Positions 27,870 through 40,465 of a DNA stretch of 64,000 nt are shown piece by piece. The notes beneath the pieces are model-generated. The model was not told the DNA's origin. It worked only from the letters and a program-made list of their open reading frames with translations, and searched no databases. Source of the stretch: Eledone cirrhosa (taxonomy: Eukaryota); NCBI GenBank assembly GCA_964016885.1, contig OZ024741.1:231322001-231386000 (forward strand), read 5' to 3'. The position numbers and the translations under genes were made by a program. How positions within the stretch are numbered: position 1 is the first letter of the stretch; each line of letters starts with the position of its first letter.

Positions 27870-28400
27870 AAGAGAGTATTGATGTTTGCTTGAAGCATTG
27901 TAGAATAATAAGATTTATTTTCTTTTGGTCGTTTTGGAAGCCTCAACAATGCAGATGGGTAATTCTCCGGGTAACAAGATCCGGTGGTGAAAAGAGAGAT
28001 GTAAGTGAATGTAGAATGAGATGTATAGTGTGTAGAAGAACGTAGGGAAGAGCGTAAAACATTGAAAAATAAAAATAAAAATTATAACACGAGATAGAGT
28101 TACCTTGGGAGTGATATAATTGTCGCTATATTTCGGAATCATATCCATCAACTGGGGGGTTTTCCGGTGGTGGAGTTATCTGTCGGAGAGGAGCGATACG
28201 TGTCCTTTGCTGTTCGTTATTTTGAATCCCCGTGTAATATCTCGTCTTATTTTCATTGTTTATTGTTACGTTCTTCCCTACGTTCTTCTAAACTCTATAC
28301 ATCTCATTCTACATTCACTTACATCTCTCTCTTTACCACGGGTTCTTGTTACCCGGAGAATTACCCATCTGCATTGTTGAGGCTTCCAAAACGACCATAA
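27870..28400. mobile_element. Solo inverted pLTR pair of a PLE related to 8680-13300
   Basis: 27870-28240 (-) and 28265-28400 (+) both carry TCTTGTTACCCGGAGA.TTACCCAT.TGCATTGT.GAGGCTTCCAAA. Confidence 0.8.
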
Positions 28401-28444
28401 GAAAATAAATATATATATATATATATATATAAATATATATAAAT

Positions 28445-29578
28445 ATAAGTATGCATGTATGTATACGTACATACATATATGTATACAGACGTACAGTAGT
28501 ATGTATATATATACATACATGCACACATATATATATGTACGTATCGGTTTAACGAACATTTATTATAATGCACGGTTTATTTGTAAACAAACAAACAGCC
28601 CAAATTACGCCGTACAGTGTTTAGGCAACCACGTTACCTTTTTGTTCAACACTGACACAGGAATAATGTACTAGTTTCAAGCTTATTAGCTATCGTCAGC
28701 ATCATATACCTCCCTGTCAGATGGTTTAACGTCTGAAAGTATATACTTTCCTTATGCATATTAACCTAATTTACATACCGAGTGAGTTTAGTCGACCGGG
28801 CGCCCTGAAAACGATAAATGGAATAGAATGAAACCAAATTTCATTTCTCACTCTTAGTACGGCAGTTACTTAAATGTAAGTATGCATGTATGTATACGTA
28901 ACATACATATATGTATACAGACGTACAGTAGTATGTATATATATATATATACATACATGCACACATATATATATGTACGTATCGGTTTACCGAACATTTA
29001 TTATAATGCTCGGTTTGTTTGTAAACAAACAAACAGCCCGAATTACGCCGTACAGTGTTTAGGCACCCACGTCAATTTTTTGTTCAACACTGACACAGGA
29101 ACGCTGTACTAGTTTCAACCATGTTAGCTATCGTCAGCATCGTATACCTTCCTGCCAGATGGTTGAACGTCTGAAAGTATATACTTTCCTTATGCATATT
29201 AACGGCTGACCAAATTAGGCTGCTCAGCCGTTAATATGCATAACGAAAGTATATACTTTCAGACGTTCAATCATCTGGCAGGAAGGTATACGGTGTTGAC
29301 GATAGCCAATAAGCTTGAAACTAATACATCGTTCCTTTGTCAATGTTGAACACAAGGGCAACGATAGTTGCAAAACACTGTACGGCTTAATTCGGGATGT
29401 TTCTTTACAAACACACTGAGCATTATAATAAATGTTCGGTAAATCCATACGTACATGTATATGTGTGTGCATGTATGTATATATATACATACTACTGTAC
29501 GTCTGTATACATATATTTATGTACGTATACATACTTATATTTAATTAACAGCCGTTACGTTTCATGTTTTCCGTTTAT
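28445..29578. repeat. Array 3 of the ~435-bp HHR repeat: ~1.75 minus-strand units, then one inverted unit
   Basis: HHRs at 28663-28705 (-), 29101-29143 (-) (spacing 438 bp) and 29290-29332 (+, TTGACGA); flip at ~29210. Confidence 0.88.
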
Positions 29579-29770
29579 ATAAATAAATATATAAAAATAA
29601 ATAAATAAATAAATATATAAATAAATAAATAAATAAATAAATAAATATATAAATAAATAAATATATAAATATATAAATAAATAAATAAATAAATATATAA
29701 ATAAATAAATATATAAATATATAAATAAATAAATATATAAATAAATAAATATATAAATATATATATAAAT

Positions 29771-29830
<60 letters not shown>
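29578..29830. repeat. (TAAA)n/(TA)n compound microsatellite
   Basis: Directly visible. Confidence 0.95.
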
Positions 29831-29831
<1 letters not shown>

Positions 29832-30039
29832 TGGACAGTAGCTCATAGAGTAAAGCATCATAAATATTTTGTTTCGTCCATGTCATGTGTTTAAGCTGAG
29901 TGGTGTTCTAGCGATTCACATCGGATCTCTCAAAAATGGCCTTATTATTAGTCGACGGGAGGGTTGTTATATTTCGTCTCTGATATTCAAGTATCAATTA
30001 CAACATTATATTTTAAAATATAATCTTTATCATTTGCAG

Positions 30040-30171
30040 CGTGCACCGATGGAACGTTTGGAGAAGAATGTCGCCATGTGTGTCATTGCATTGATAACTT
30101 ATGTCACCATAGGACTGGTTATTGTTTGAAAGGTTGTATGCCTGGATATACAGGTGAATACTGCCAAAAAG
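30040..30171 (+). CDS. Internal coding exon encoding one EGF-like repeat (MEGF10/11/laminin-EGF type) of a host gene
   Basis: tttgcag|...|gtgagt; 132 bp, phase 1-1; CTDGTFGEECRHVCHCIDNLCHHRTGYCLKGCMPGYTGEYCQK (8 Cys). Confidence 0.9.
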
Positions 30172-31129
30172 GTGAGTACGACATATTATTGATAGTTTTA
30201 TTGTAATTACGAGGACGATATAAGTTAAAGTTTGCAGGAACAGTATTTCATCAAAGTCCCTAATACAGTAATACCTTGAATATTTACTTTATGTGTCCAC
30301 GTTTAAGTGAGTGTTTCCGTATCCTCATGTAGCCATGATAGTTCATAATTTATGTGACGTTACATCATTTGCATAATGTAACTGTATTATTGGGAGTATC
30401 TCATTATACTTCCACCCATACTGTGTTTTGCTTTTGTTTAGTTTGAGATACTTTCAACAAAATGTGACTTCATTAGCAGTAGTGTATGTAGCATCTGCAG
30501 CATATCACAGTTCCCATTCGAGGGTGGTAATATGGCTTAGTGTACAGTTGGTTAACTTTTGTTGGCGCTTTTTGACGAGTAATAGAGCGTTGATAACCAC
30601 TGGCATATATTCGGCTTTTTTTTACTTCACATGAATTGATTTCGATTACCAGATATATATGTTTGTGGAGTGGGTTATCTGTAGCTTTCCATGTTACATT
30701 TTACATCTGACATATCTTATGTGGAACTACATCTGCATTTTACAACATTTTATGTATCTCTTATGTAACTTGTTCTTCAATATGTTATGTAAGTGCAGTG
30801 TCTAGGCCATATTGCTTCCTAATTTACTCGTTCAGCATAAATGTTATTCGCCTAGTTATCTGTTGGAATGATCTGTGCACTGTCTTTCTTGGTGGGTCAA
30901 CAGCTTTGCGTTTCAGAAGAACGTGTTGTCTGTTTTGGTCAGGGATATGTCCAACTAACTTGTGACGATCCTAAAAGTCTGTTAGAATTAGAGTGTCATA
31001 AGAATTCTAAACGTGGCGATCCTATTTCGTGGGGCTTATAGAATTACATCATTCCTGAAATTGTTTCCTGTTAAATTCAATTGAATGTGATTAGATAAAA
31101 ATAGTGTACAATTTCTGGCAAGTAGAGAG

Positions 31130-32850
31130 GTGAAGGTATCTGTTGTGTGATGGAGGTCTCTGTGGTATGGTGGAGGTTTCTATAGTGTGGTTGATGTGAT
31201 GTGATGTGGTGGAGGTGTCTATAGAGAGGTGGAGGTGTCTGTGGTATAGTCGAGGTATTTGTGGTGTAGTAGATATGATTGTCGTATGGTGTAGAGTTGA
31301 CTGTGGTATCTTGGAGGTATAGGTGGTGTAGTGGAGGTGTCTGTGGTGTGTTGGATGTGACGGTGGTGTGATGGGGGTTTATATGGTGTGGCGGAGGTGT
31401 CTCTGGTGTGGTGGAGGTGTCTGTGGTATGTTGTCGGTATCTGTGGTGTAGTAGAGGTGTCTATGGTGTAATAGAGGTGTGTGTGATTTGGTGGTGGTGT
31501 CTGTGGTGTGGTGGAGGTGTATGTGGTGTAGTATGTGGTGGTGGTGTCTATGGTGTGGTGGAGCTGTCTGTCGTGTGGTGGTGGTGTCTGTGATGTGGTG
31601 GACGTGTATGTGGTGCACTATACCACACACACCTACATCACACCACAGACACCTCCACCACACCAAAGACGCCTCCACCACATCGGAGCTAACTGCACTA
31701 CACCACAGACTGATCCACCAAACCACAGACGCCTCTACCAAACCATAGACACCCCCACCACACCACAGAAGCCTCTACCACACCTCAGACAGTTGCACCA
31801 CACCACAGACGCCTTCACTACACAGCAGGCAACTCCTCCACACCACAGATAGCATTACATCACACCTTAGAAACATCTTTAACACCACACACACTTCCAC
31901 CACACCACAAATACCTCCACCACACCATTATCATCTCCACCACAGTCAACACTATGCCACAACACAGACACTTCCACCATACCACAGACACCTCCACTAT
32001 ACCACAGTCACCCCCACTATACCACAGTCACCCCCACTATACCACAGTCACCTCCACAAAACTACAGACACCTACACCAGATTCAGACATGTCCACCATA
32101 CCACACCACACATACCTCCATCATGCCACAGTCAACACTACACTACAGCACAGACACACCTCCACTATACCACAGTCAACACTACACTACAGCACAGACA
32201 CACCTCCACTATACCACAGTCAACACTACAACACACCACACCACAGTCACCTCCACCATACCACAGTCACCCCCACCACACTCACGCCTACTACACTACA
32301 GACACTTCCACCACACCACAGACAGCACTGCACCACATACACCTCCACCACAATACATATATCTCCACCACACCCCAGACACATCCGCAACTCCACAGAC
32401 CCCTCCACAACCCCACAGACACCTCCACACACCACAGACACCTCCACCACAGTCACCCCTACTACACTACAGACACTTCCACCACACCACAGACAGCACT
32501 GCACCACATACACCTCCACCACAATACATATATCTCCACCACACCCCAGACACATCCGCAACTCCACAGACCCCTCCACAACCCCACATACACCTCCACT
32601 ACACCACACCACAGATACCTCCACCACAGTCATAGCTACAACAGACACCTCCACCACACCACAGACAGCATTGCACCACATACACCTCCACTACAATACA
32701 TATATCTCCACCACACCCAGACACATCCACAACTCCACATACCCCTCCACAACCCCACATACACCTCCACAACCCCACAGACACCTCCACAACACGATAG
32801 ACACCTGCACTACAACACACCTCTGACACGTCAACAACACCACAGTTATA
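31130..32850. repeat. Degenerate GTG/CAC-rich minisatellite in two opposed halves, with ~170-180-bp internal direct repeats
   Basis: GGTGGAGGTGTCTGTGGT-like units at 31130-31615 switch to CACCACAGACACCTCCAC-like units at 31620-32850; 32287-32425 recurs at 32458-32597 and ~32640-32780. Confidence 0.9.
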
Positions 32851-33237
32851 TCAGCCTCAGCTATCAGTTTCATTTTCAATATCTTCTCTCCTTTCTTTTA
32901 TGTTATGAGAATTATTTTAATTTCTATTGCATATTAGATAAAGTACTCTGTCTTTTTCGAGTTTTATCGAAAGTATCAGAATATACCAGGTCCTATATAC
33001 TTGTGATTGAAAAAGATATTTCCCTCTGAAAATTTCAGCAACTCAGGTACAAAACAATCGCCGGCCTATAGCTTGTAAGATACATACATGCATACATGCA
33101 TAATTACATACGTACATGCACACTTATGTACATACGTATATACATGCATACATACATTCATACGTACATACATAGGCGCATATGCACACTTATTCACTTT
33201 CACACATGATATAATTGATTTGTTTTACTGATTGCAG

Positions 33238-33372
33238 AATGTTATCAAGGAACTTATGGATTTGACTGCAGCAGAAAGTGTAATTGCAAACATAATGCGT
33301 CCTGCAATAATTTTAATGGTTCATGTCCACATGGATGTAAAGAGGGATACCATGGCATCGACTGTCAGGCGG
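33238..33372 (+). CDS. Internal coding exon encoding a second EGF-like repeat of the same gene
   Basis: attgcag|...|gtatgt; 135 bp, phase 1-1; [45 protein letters not shown]; in frame with exon 30040-30171. Confidence 0.9.
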
Positions 33373-33504
33373 GTATGTATATGGTATCTGCTAACATCAA
33401 GCTATTTACACCCTCCTACTCATAGCAGAATTGATTACTCAGAACCAGTGAAAGTTATATCACGACTATAATCTTTTCATTGTATCCGAAATACATGTAA
33501 TATT

Positions 33505-34095
33505 AATAGGAGTATTATTGGTAGAGCGTCAGACAACATGCTTTGCAGAATAGAGTTAAGGCTCTTTACGTTTTGAGTTCAAATCATGCCGAGTTTAGCT
33601 TTGCTTTTCATCGCAACGGGCCCGATGAAATAAATTTCCAGTAATGCACTGGGTCGATGTAATCGGGCATTGTGCCTAAAGTAGAAACGATTAATATTAT
33701 TAGCGGTAGGGCGGTGGATTGGCAGTATCAGTAGAGAGTCGGTCACCATGCTTTCCAGCATAGTTACGTCCCTTTACGATCTGAGTTCAAATCCCACGCG
33801 AGGTTGACTTTGCCTTTCATCCTCACGGGGTCGATAAAATAAAGTACCAGTAATGCACTGGGTAATTGCTGGCCTTGTGCCAAAAGTAGAAACAATTATT
33901 AGCGGTAGGTTGGCAGTATCGGTAGAGGGTCGGATGCCATGCTTTGACGCATAGAGTTACGGCCCTTGCCATTCTGAGTTCAAATCCCGCCGAGGTTAAC
34001 TTTGCCTTTCATCCTTACGAGGTCGATAAAATAAAGTACCAGTAATACACTGGAATAATTGCTGGCCTTGTGCCAAAAGTAGAAACAATTATTAT
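33505..34095 (+). mobile_element. Three head-to-tail Deu/Nin-type tRNA SINEs
   Basis: Units at ~33505-33700, 33703-33900 and 33902-34095, each with B-box GAGTTCAAATC, the shared core and the GTGCC.AAAGTAGAAAC tail. Confidence 0.85.
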
Positions 34096-35945
34096 TGGGT
34101 CAATCTAAGGCATTTGATACGGTCGACTATCGGTACCTGGCGGCGGCCGGTTTCGGGCCCATTTTCAGGGGTTGGATCGCTGCGATGCACAGCGACATCT
34201 GCTCAGTTATGAAGGTGAACGGTCATCTGTCAGCCGCTCAGCATCATCCGCTCGGCCCACCAGGGTTGTCCCCTCTCGTCGCTCTTGCACGTATTGACAC
34301 TAGAGCCGTTACTGCCCAAATTGGAGGTGATGAGAGGCGTCCCGCGTGAACTGAGATGTAGAAGATCCTTATCGGCTTACGCCGACGGCGTCGCCGTGGT
34401 GGTGTCACGCACGGGACATGTCCAGATGCTCGGCACCGCTCTCAAGGAATATGAAGCAGTGACAGGAGCAAAGTTAAACCAGGAAAAGTCGGTGGGCTTG
34501 CAGCTCGGCACCTGGAAAGGCAAGTCCATGCCGTCCAATAGCGATGCGGGGCGCTGGACGGAAGGACATGTTAAATTGTATGGGGTCTGGTTCGTTTCGG
34601 ACTTCCAGATGGAGAAAAACTGGAGCGAGGTGACGTGCATGTTGGCTGAGAGGAAGCTGTCCCTGAAAGGTCGGGCAGAGTTGGCAAATGCGTTCATCGC
34701 ATCCGTCATCTGCTACCGCCTAACCGTTTGAAGAAATGGAGCGACTCATCTTCCGCTTTTTATGGAAGAGACGTGTTCCCATGGTCACATGATCCATCTG
34801 CTGTCAACACCCGTTGCGTGGAAGACAGGTGCTTCCTTGACGGTGAACAGGTGTATTCACCGTTTGCCAGACATGTTTTTCTCCAGCTCGTCTCATTAAC
34901 GGAGCTGCAGTCCTGGATCAGGAAAAGACCGAGGGAAAGCGCTTGGAAGTTGTAATGTCTCCAAGCACTCACAGCCTTCTACCAGCTGGGCACTAGTATC
35001 GGTGGAACCTCGGCGTTCTATAGAGGACTTGTGGAGGGGAAGAGTGACCACGCTCTCGGGGAGACCCTGGGCGTCGAAGTCGATCAGCTGTTCGGTCTAA
35101 CCAACAGAACCTTCAGCCCGGGGTCTGTGGACAACTTCCCAAAATCCTTGGCCTCGCAGTGGCCAAAATCCTTGACCTAGTTGCCGGTTCGAGATCAGCT
35201 CTACAGGCACGGAAGTGCCGTCAGCCGAACCTGTCCTAGATGCGCACAGGGCAACGAAACCGTCCTGCACGCATTCGTTCAGTGTCCGATCATTGCTGAC
35301 TTGTGGAGCTATGTCGAGCATTTGCTGTAGGTGTAGGACGGATCCAGTTATCGAGTGAGTCCATTGTGCAGATAGCCCCACCGTCCAACTTTAACGAGGA
35401 GGAAGGGCAGGCAGTTTTCATCTAACTGGTGGCCATGGCGAAAGAGATTGTATGGTGGACAAGGTTGAAAGGATTGAAGACGGACACTTTCCTCTTCGGC
35501 GAATCCCTGATTATCTTTTTCAAATTTCACTTGAAGATGAAAATGAGGGTGCAGAGGTGGCAAGTGCTGTCTTCTAGTAAGTTTGTTGAAAGGTGGATGA
35601 AAGTGACGAGTCTGGTCCGAGTGAACGGGCCCGCTCTGAGTATGTGTCTGTAGACTGAGGAATGGAAAACAGAGAGAGGGCGCTTGCCTTGGTGATTAGG
35701 GTGGCCGTGGTCTCTTGTGTGGTTTTCGCCACGAATGACCCTCTGAGGCTTCCCCCATTTTGGGGAATTTTTGTTGTTTGAATTTTTTTATTTGTTTTTA
35801 CATATTTTTGTCTTGTTATAACCTTTTTTGCACGGAAAACACCTACTTTGTATCGCCCTGCACAGTTCTCTGCCGTATGTAATGTTTTTCATCATGTTAG
35901 CCCTTGTGGCCATTAAAGAAACCGTTACTATTATTATTATTATTT
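34096..35945 (+). mobile_element. 5'-truncated, internally deleted Tx1/L1 LINE
   Basis: QSKAFD.VD, QGCPLS, SAYAD, C-terminal CPRC...ETVLH...C; 3' end GCCCTTGTGGCCATTAAAGAAA plus (ATT)n. Confidence 0.88.
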
Positions 35946-37025
35946 TTATTTTCTTTCATTTTTGTTTCTGAGATATATGCCGAGTGTCTTCCTGACACCT
36001 AGGGCACATAAATTCACAGTGTGCATTGGTAAGTCACTTAATACAGCACATTAATTATAATAAAAACATCAGTATACATAGATACACATGTGCATATGCA
36101 TATGTAAATACAAGGAGAGATATCAATATTACAGAGATAGTGATCTTCTCAATACGTGTGCAGTACCAGTCAAAATATTTGTTTGCACCACGTGCAGAGA
36201 GGGTGAACCTGGAATCATTCGCAACTATTGTTCTGTCCCTTTCTTGATCATTCCCAGTCCTCCCACAATCACTGATATTGCAACGGCCTTGAGGTGCCAC
36301 ATTTTCTCAATTTCAATATCCAGATCTTTATATTTTCGTAGCTTGTCAAATTCTTTTGCCGCGATATTGTGATCAAATGGGATGCTCATATCTATCAATA
36401 AACAGACCTTGTTATGTTGATCTTTTACGAAGATGTCAGGTCTATATGCTTTTATCGTCCTGTCAGTATGTACAGGAAAGTCCCAGAGAATTGTTACTTT
36501 TTCTCCTTCAGTTACAGCCTCAGGGTGATGATTGTGCCACTTGTCTTCAGTTTTGATTTTGTAATGCCGACATATTACCCAGTGTAGATATTGGCCAACT
36601 CTGTCATATCTATATTTGTATTCTACTGGTGCTAAAACTTTACATCCAGAGACTAAGTGATCCACTGTTTCAACCTCAGCATTGCAGAATCGGCACTTTG
36701 GGTTTATTCCGTTTGTCATCACACTGGCTTGATAATTACGAGCAATAAGCTTTGATCTTGGGCAGCTAAGATGAAGTATTCACTCTCCGCCTTTAGCCCT
36801 GAACTACGAAGCCACTGATGGATGTGCTTTTGGTTAACATCAGCTTGTTTGCTACGGGCCACATATTTGCCATGAGGAGGTTTCCGCTTCCTATTTGATG
36901 CTAATTGTCCTCGACGTTTTCCTTTTGCCAGTGATTGTATGTGCCTAGCAGCATCAGTTGCAACAGTTTCTTTAGTCTGTCCAGCCTGGGTATCAAGCAT
37001 AAGATCAGTAGCATATTTTTTGCTC
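35946..37025 (-). mobile_element. R4/Dong-clade LINE 3' fragment (restriction-like endonuclease)
   Basis: AAQDQ, CRFC...ETVDHLVSGC, WDFP...RPD...IDMSIP..K..KY (36225-36722); lies tail-to-tail with the Tx1 at a (TAA)n tract. Confidence 0.88.
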
Positions 37026-37070
37026 TCATTATTATTATTAGGTGGTCATGAATCACATCTACTCAGTCCG

Positions 37071-37099
<29 letters not shown>

Positions 37100-37102
<3 letters not shown>

Positions 37103-40100
37103 GATTTCTTTATTAACCACAAGGGTTTACATAAAGTAGACATTAAGGACAGTGCAGGACAATACAGGACGGTACAAATGGGCATTTCTACGTGTAAAAA
37201 ACAAAAACAGAGGATGTAACAAAAAATAACAAAGAAAAATTCCCCAATAGGGGGGAGACTTCGGAGGGACATTTGTGGAGAAAGCCCAGTAAAAGGCTAC
37301 AATGACCCTGACCACCAAGGCAAGTGCCCTCTCCCAGTTTTCCACTTTTAATTTACAGATATATACTCTGAGTAGGCCCATTCACTCGGGCCATTCTTGC
37401 TTCTCTCACCCATCTTTCAACAAAATTCTGGGAAGAGAGCACTTCCCTCTCTACTCTGATTTTCCTTTTCAAATGAAATTTGAAAAAGTCAATCAGAGCA
37501 TCACCGAAGAGGTAAGTGCTCGTCTTCAGCCCTTTCAAACGTGTCCAGCATACTATCTCTTTTGCCATGGCCACCAGACAGATAAAAACTGCCTGGTTGG
37601 TGAGGCTCTTGCACCCTCCACCCCTATTCGCTAATCCCACACAGTCCCAGCGTGCATCTATGATCCCGTTCCAGTCGCCCACTAACACTAAAGAGCGGGA
37701 CGTTCCAAGAAAGGTCTCCAGACGTCGGAAGAAATCAGGCCGCCCTGCTCCTGTCGGGGCATAGACGGCCACTAGCCTGAAAGCTTGCCCGTCTCCGCTG
37801 GTCACGTCCAGCACCACCAACTTACCCCCTGGGTCCAGGAAGATGGCCCGTATGGCAAGATCCAAACCTCTCGGAAAAAGCACAGCAACTCCTCCCCCCG
37901 ATCCAGGACGGCTGGGAGATGCGTACACATCGTAGCCGCCGAAGATCGGTGCGAAGGCCCGTGCTTCGGAGATTCTGGTCTCGCTGATGGCCACTACATC
38001 TATGTTTAGTAACCTGAGGTCGTTGAGCAGGTGACCCTGCTTCCATGACGACCCCAAGCCACGCGCATTTATGCTGCCTATTCTGAGTGAGGTCATGTTT
38101 AAAACAGAGTGGAAAAGATGGGAAAGACCACTTACCGTACTTTTCGTAGAGGAGGAATTTTTTTTACATCCCTTTTCACTTGATCGTCTGGTGAAGGGAC
38201 CGTTGAATCGTCCCTTCGGCTGGTCATCGGTTCTTCTATGAGTATGTCCGAATATACTCTTCGGTTGATAGTTCCTCCTACGTCTCTGAAATCACCAACT
38301 GCGTTGGGGAATTTCGTTTTAATGTTTGTGTATTGTTTCTGTGCTATTTTTAGCAGTCTTATGTTAGTTGGCGTTTTGATTGGTGCTGGTATTATGTAGT
38401 CGTGTTGTGAAATGTCTGTGTTCAATTATGTAAGTCATTAGTATCTTGTTGTGTGTATTTATTGCGCTGCATTTGTTTTTCTGGGGGTGGGGGTGGTTCT
38501 GCTATTTTCTTGTCGTTTTTGCTGGGTGTGTGTGTTTTGTTGTTGTGTTTGCGATGTCGGTGCTTGTGGTGGTGGTGTTGAAGGTGTTGTTGTTGTTGGC
38601 AGTGGGGTTGTCGCCGGTGGTGATGGTGGTGCTAGTGTGGGTGGTGATGGTGGTGTTGCTGCTGTGCGTCTCTTTGCAGTAGAATTTACCCTTTTTTCAT
38701 TTCTTTCCTCCCTTTTCAAAGGCGACGATGCGCTGCTTCTGCGTTTGTGCATTCTTACGACCTTTTGCCATCCCTCTCCCACCTCACACTCCATGTCTGA
38801 TTCTGTGAGGTCGGGGAGGGGTACCATTCCACTCTTTCATGTGTTGTTGTTGGTGATGTTTGCACTGGAGTCTCTGTTGCAGCTGCATTTGGTATTGCTG
38901 TTGTTGTTGTTGTTAATACTTCCACTGCTGCTGCTGTTTTTGATTACGTGGCGTGGGTATGGGTGCCACGGACCTATCGTTCCTGGTTGCCGCTTGTCCT
39001 GTTGCTGGTAGCCGTGGAGGCGGTTTCAGAAGGAGGGGGGTTTTCTCCTTTCTCAGGGTCTTCTTGTTGCAGAAGGCCCTGAGGTGAGTCTTCGATCCAC
39101 AGCGAAAGCATTTCGGGCGTTTGCCCTCAACACTTATGGGCAGTTGAGTGCCGTTATCGCAGTCTATCACATCCGGGATAGCTTCGATGCACTCCTGGTT
39201 GGTTTGGATTAACATCTCAATGGAGGTGCCGACCCAATCTTCTCTTACTTTTGTCTGTACTTGCATTACAGTTGTTTTGTCCTCGATTTCGACGAGGACA
39301 GACGCGGCCAGCCAAGAAGGGGCCATCCCGGGGGGGGGGGGGGTCAGTTTGACCCTCACAATTTTTTGCCCGCAGTAGGAGGGCACCAACACCATTTCTT
39401 CGCTCCTTAGGGTCACTACGGATTGAGCCTTTGCCTCCTGGTGTGTGGCAAAAAGTACCTCTACGGTGGCATATTTCTTGCCTCGGGTGATGTGTGTTTT
39501 CCACTGCCACACAGACCCCAAGGCTATTTGTATTTGAGCCTCTGTGGTTCTTTCCACCCTACGGGATTTTGTACTTACTGTACGGTACGTGACCGTACAG
39601 TGCTGTTGGGTTTCGAAAAATGTTTCCGCTGCCTTGCAGATTGCTCAGTGTCCGGTTTTTGTCACCATCTTCTTCGCTTCCTCTAATTCCTCATTTGTTA
39701 TGAGGACTGTTTCCAGGTTCTTTGCGATACCTGCAAACGAGATTTGTTTTTCTTTGCTGCTGTTGTGGTTGTTGTTGTCGTCAGAGCTGCTGTTACTTTT
39801 GTTGTTGCTGCAGGTACTACGACTACTGCCGCCGCCGCTGTTGCTGTGGTTGTTGTTGTTGCTGCTAATTCTGTTGTTTATGCTGCTGCTGATGCTGCTG
39901 CTACAGTTGGTTTCATTGTCACTGTTGCTGTTGTTATTACGGCTGCTACTGCTATTATTCCTGACGTCAGACGAATGAAATGGGTTTTCGTATTTCCCGC
40001 ACACCTGTTTCGTCGTCGTTGTCGTCGTGGAGAAATCTTGCACGCTTTGCACGAGACTTTTCTTTTCTGTCGTCGCTTGCGAAAGAGAAGGGAGGGAGAG

Positions 40101-40432
40101 AGACACATTTAAAGAAGGGAGGGAGTGATACAATCTTCTCTCTGCTGTAGTGACGATTGAGGAAGAAGAAGACGGAATGAGTGGGAGTGACCTATGAAAA
40201 TTCTTTTTCGTAGCCATGTTTTTTTTTTTGTTTAAAATAAATATTGGGCACAAAACCCCAATAAGCAGTTATTTAACCCCGAAGGGCCAAATAACGGGCA
40301 GAAAGACCCCTCTCACGTGGAGGAGGGTGTTTTTGTCTACAAGTTGGTAAAAGTTTTAAGCAATTTACAATTGTGATAGCGTTCAAAATTTACAATACCT
40401 TACAGAGCCGAGCCTCCGTCAACCATAGCATT
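37100..40432 (-). mobile_element. Tx1/L1 element with ORF1 and an ORF2 missing ~3 kb internally
   Basis: ORF1 pieces at 40217-38132 with knuckle CFRCGSKTHLRAFC. ORF 37353-38096 fuses the APE domain (GSINARG, ISET, LVGDWN) in frame to the ORF2 C-terminus. (ATT)n at both ends. Confidence 0.9.
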
Positions 40433-40465
40433 CAATAATAATAATAATAATAATAATAATATTAA

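Noticed and set aside
29575-29886. IY-, HT- and CV-repeat ORFs here and throughout the track
   Set aside because: These are translations of (TA)n, (CA)n and (TAAA)n microsatellites.
31954-32826. 290-aa Thr/His/Pro-rich mucin-like ORF
   Set aside because: It arises from a CAC-rich minisatellite that is open in several frames on both strands; there is no splice or domain support.
33703-33800. tRNA gene
   Set aside because: The A and B boxes are widely spaced with no cloverleaf, and the sequence continues into a SINE body.
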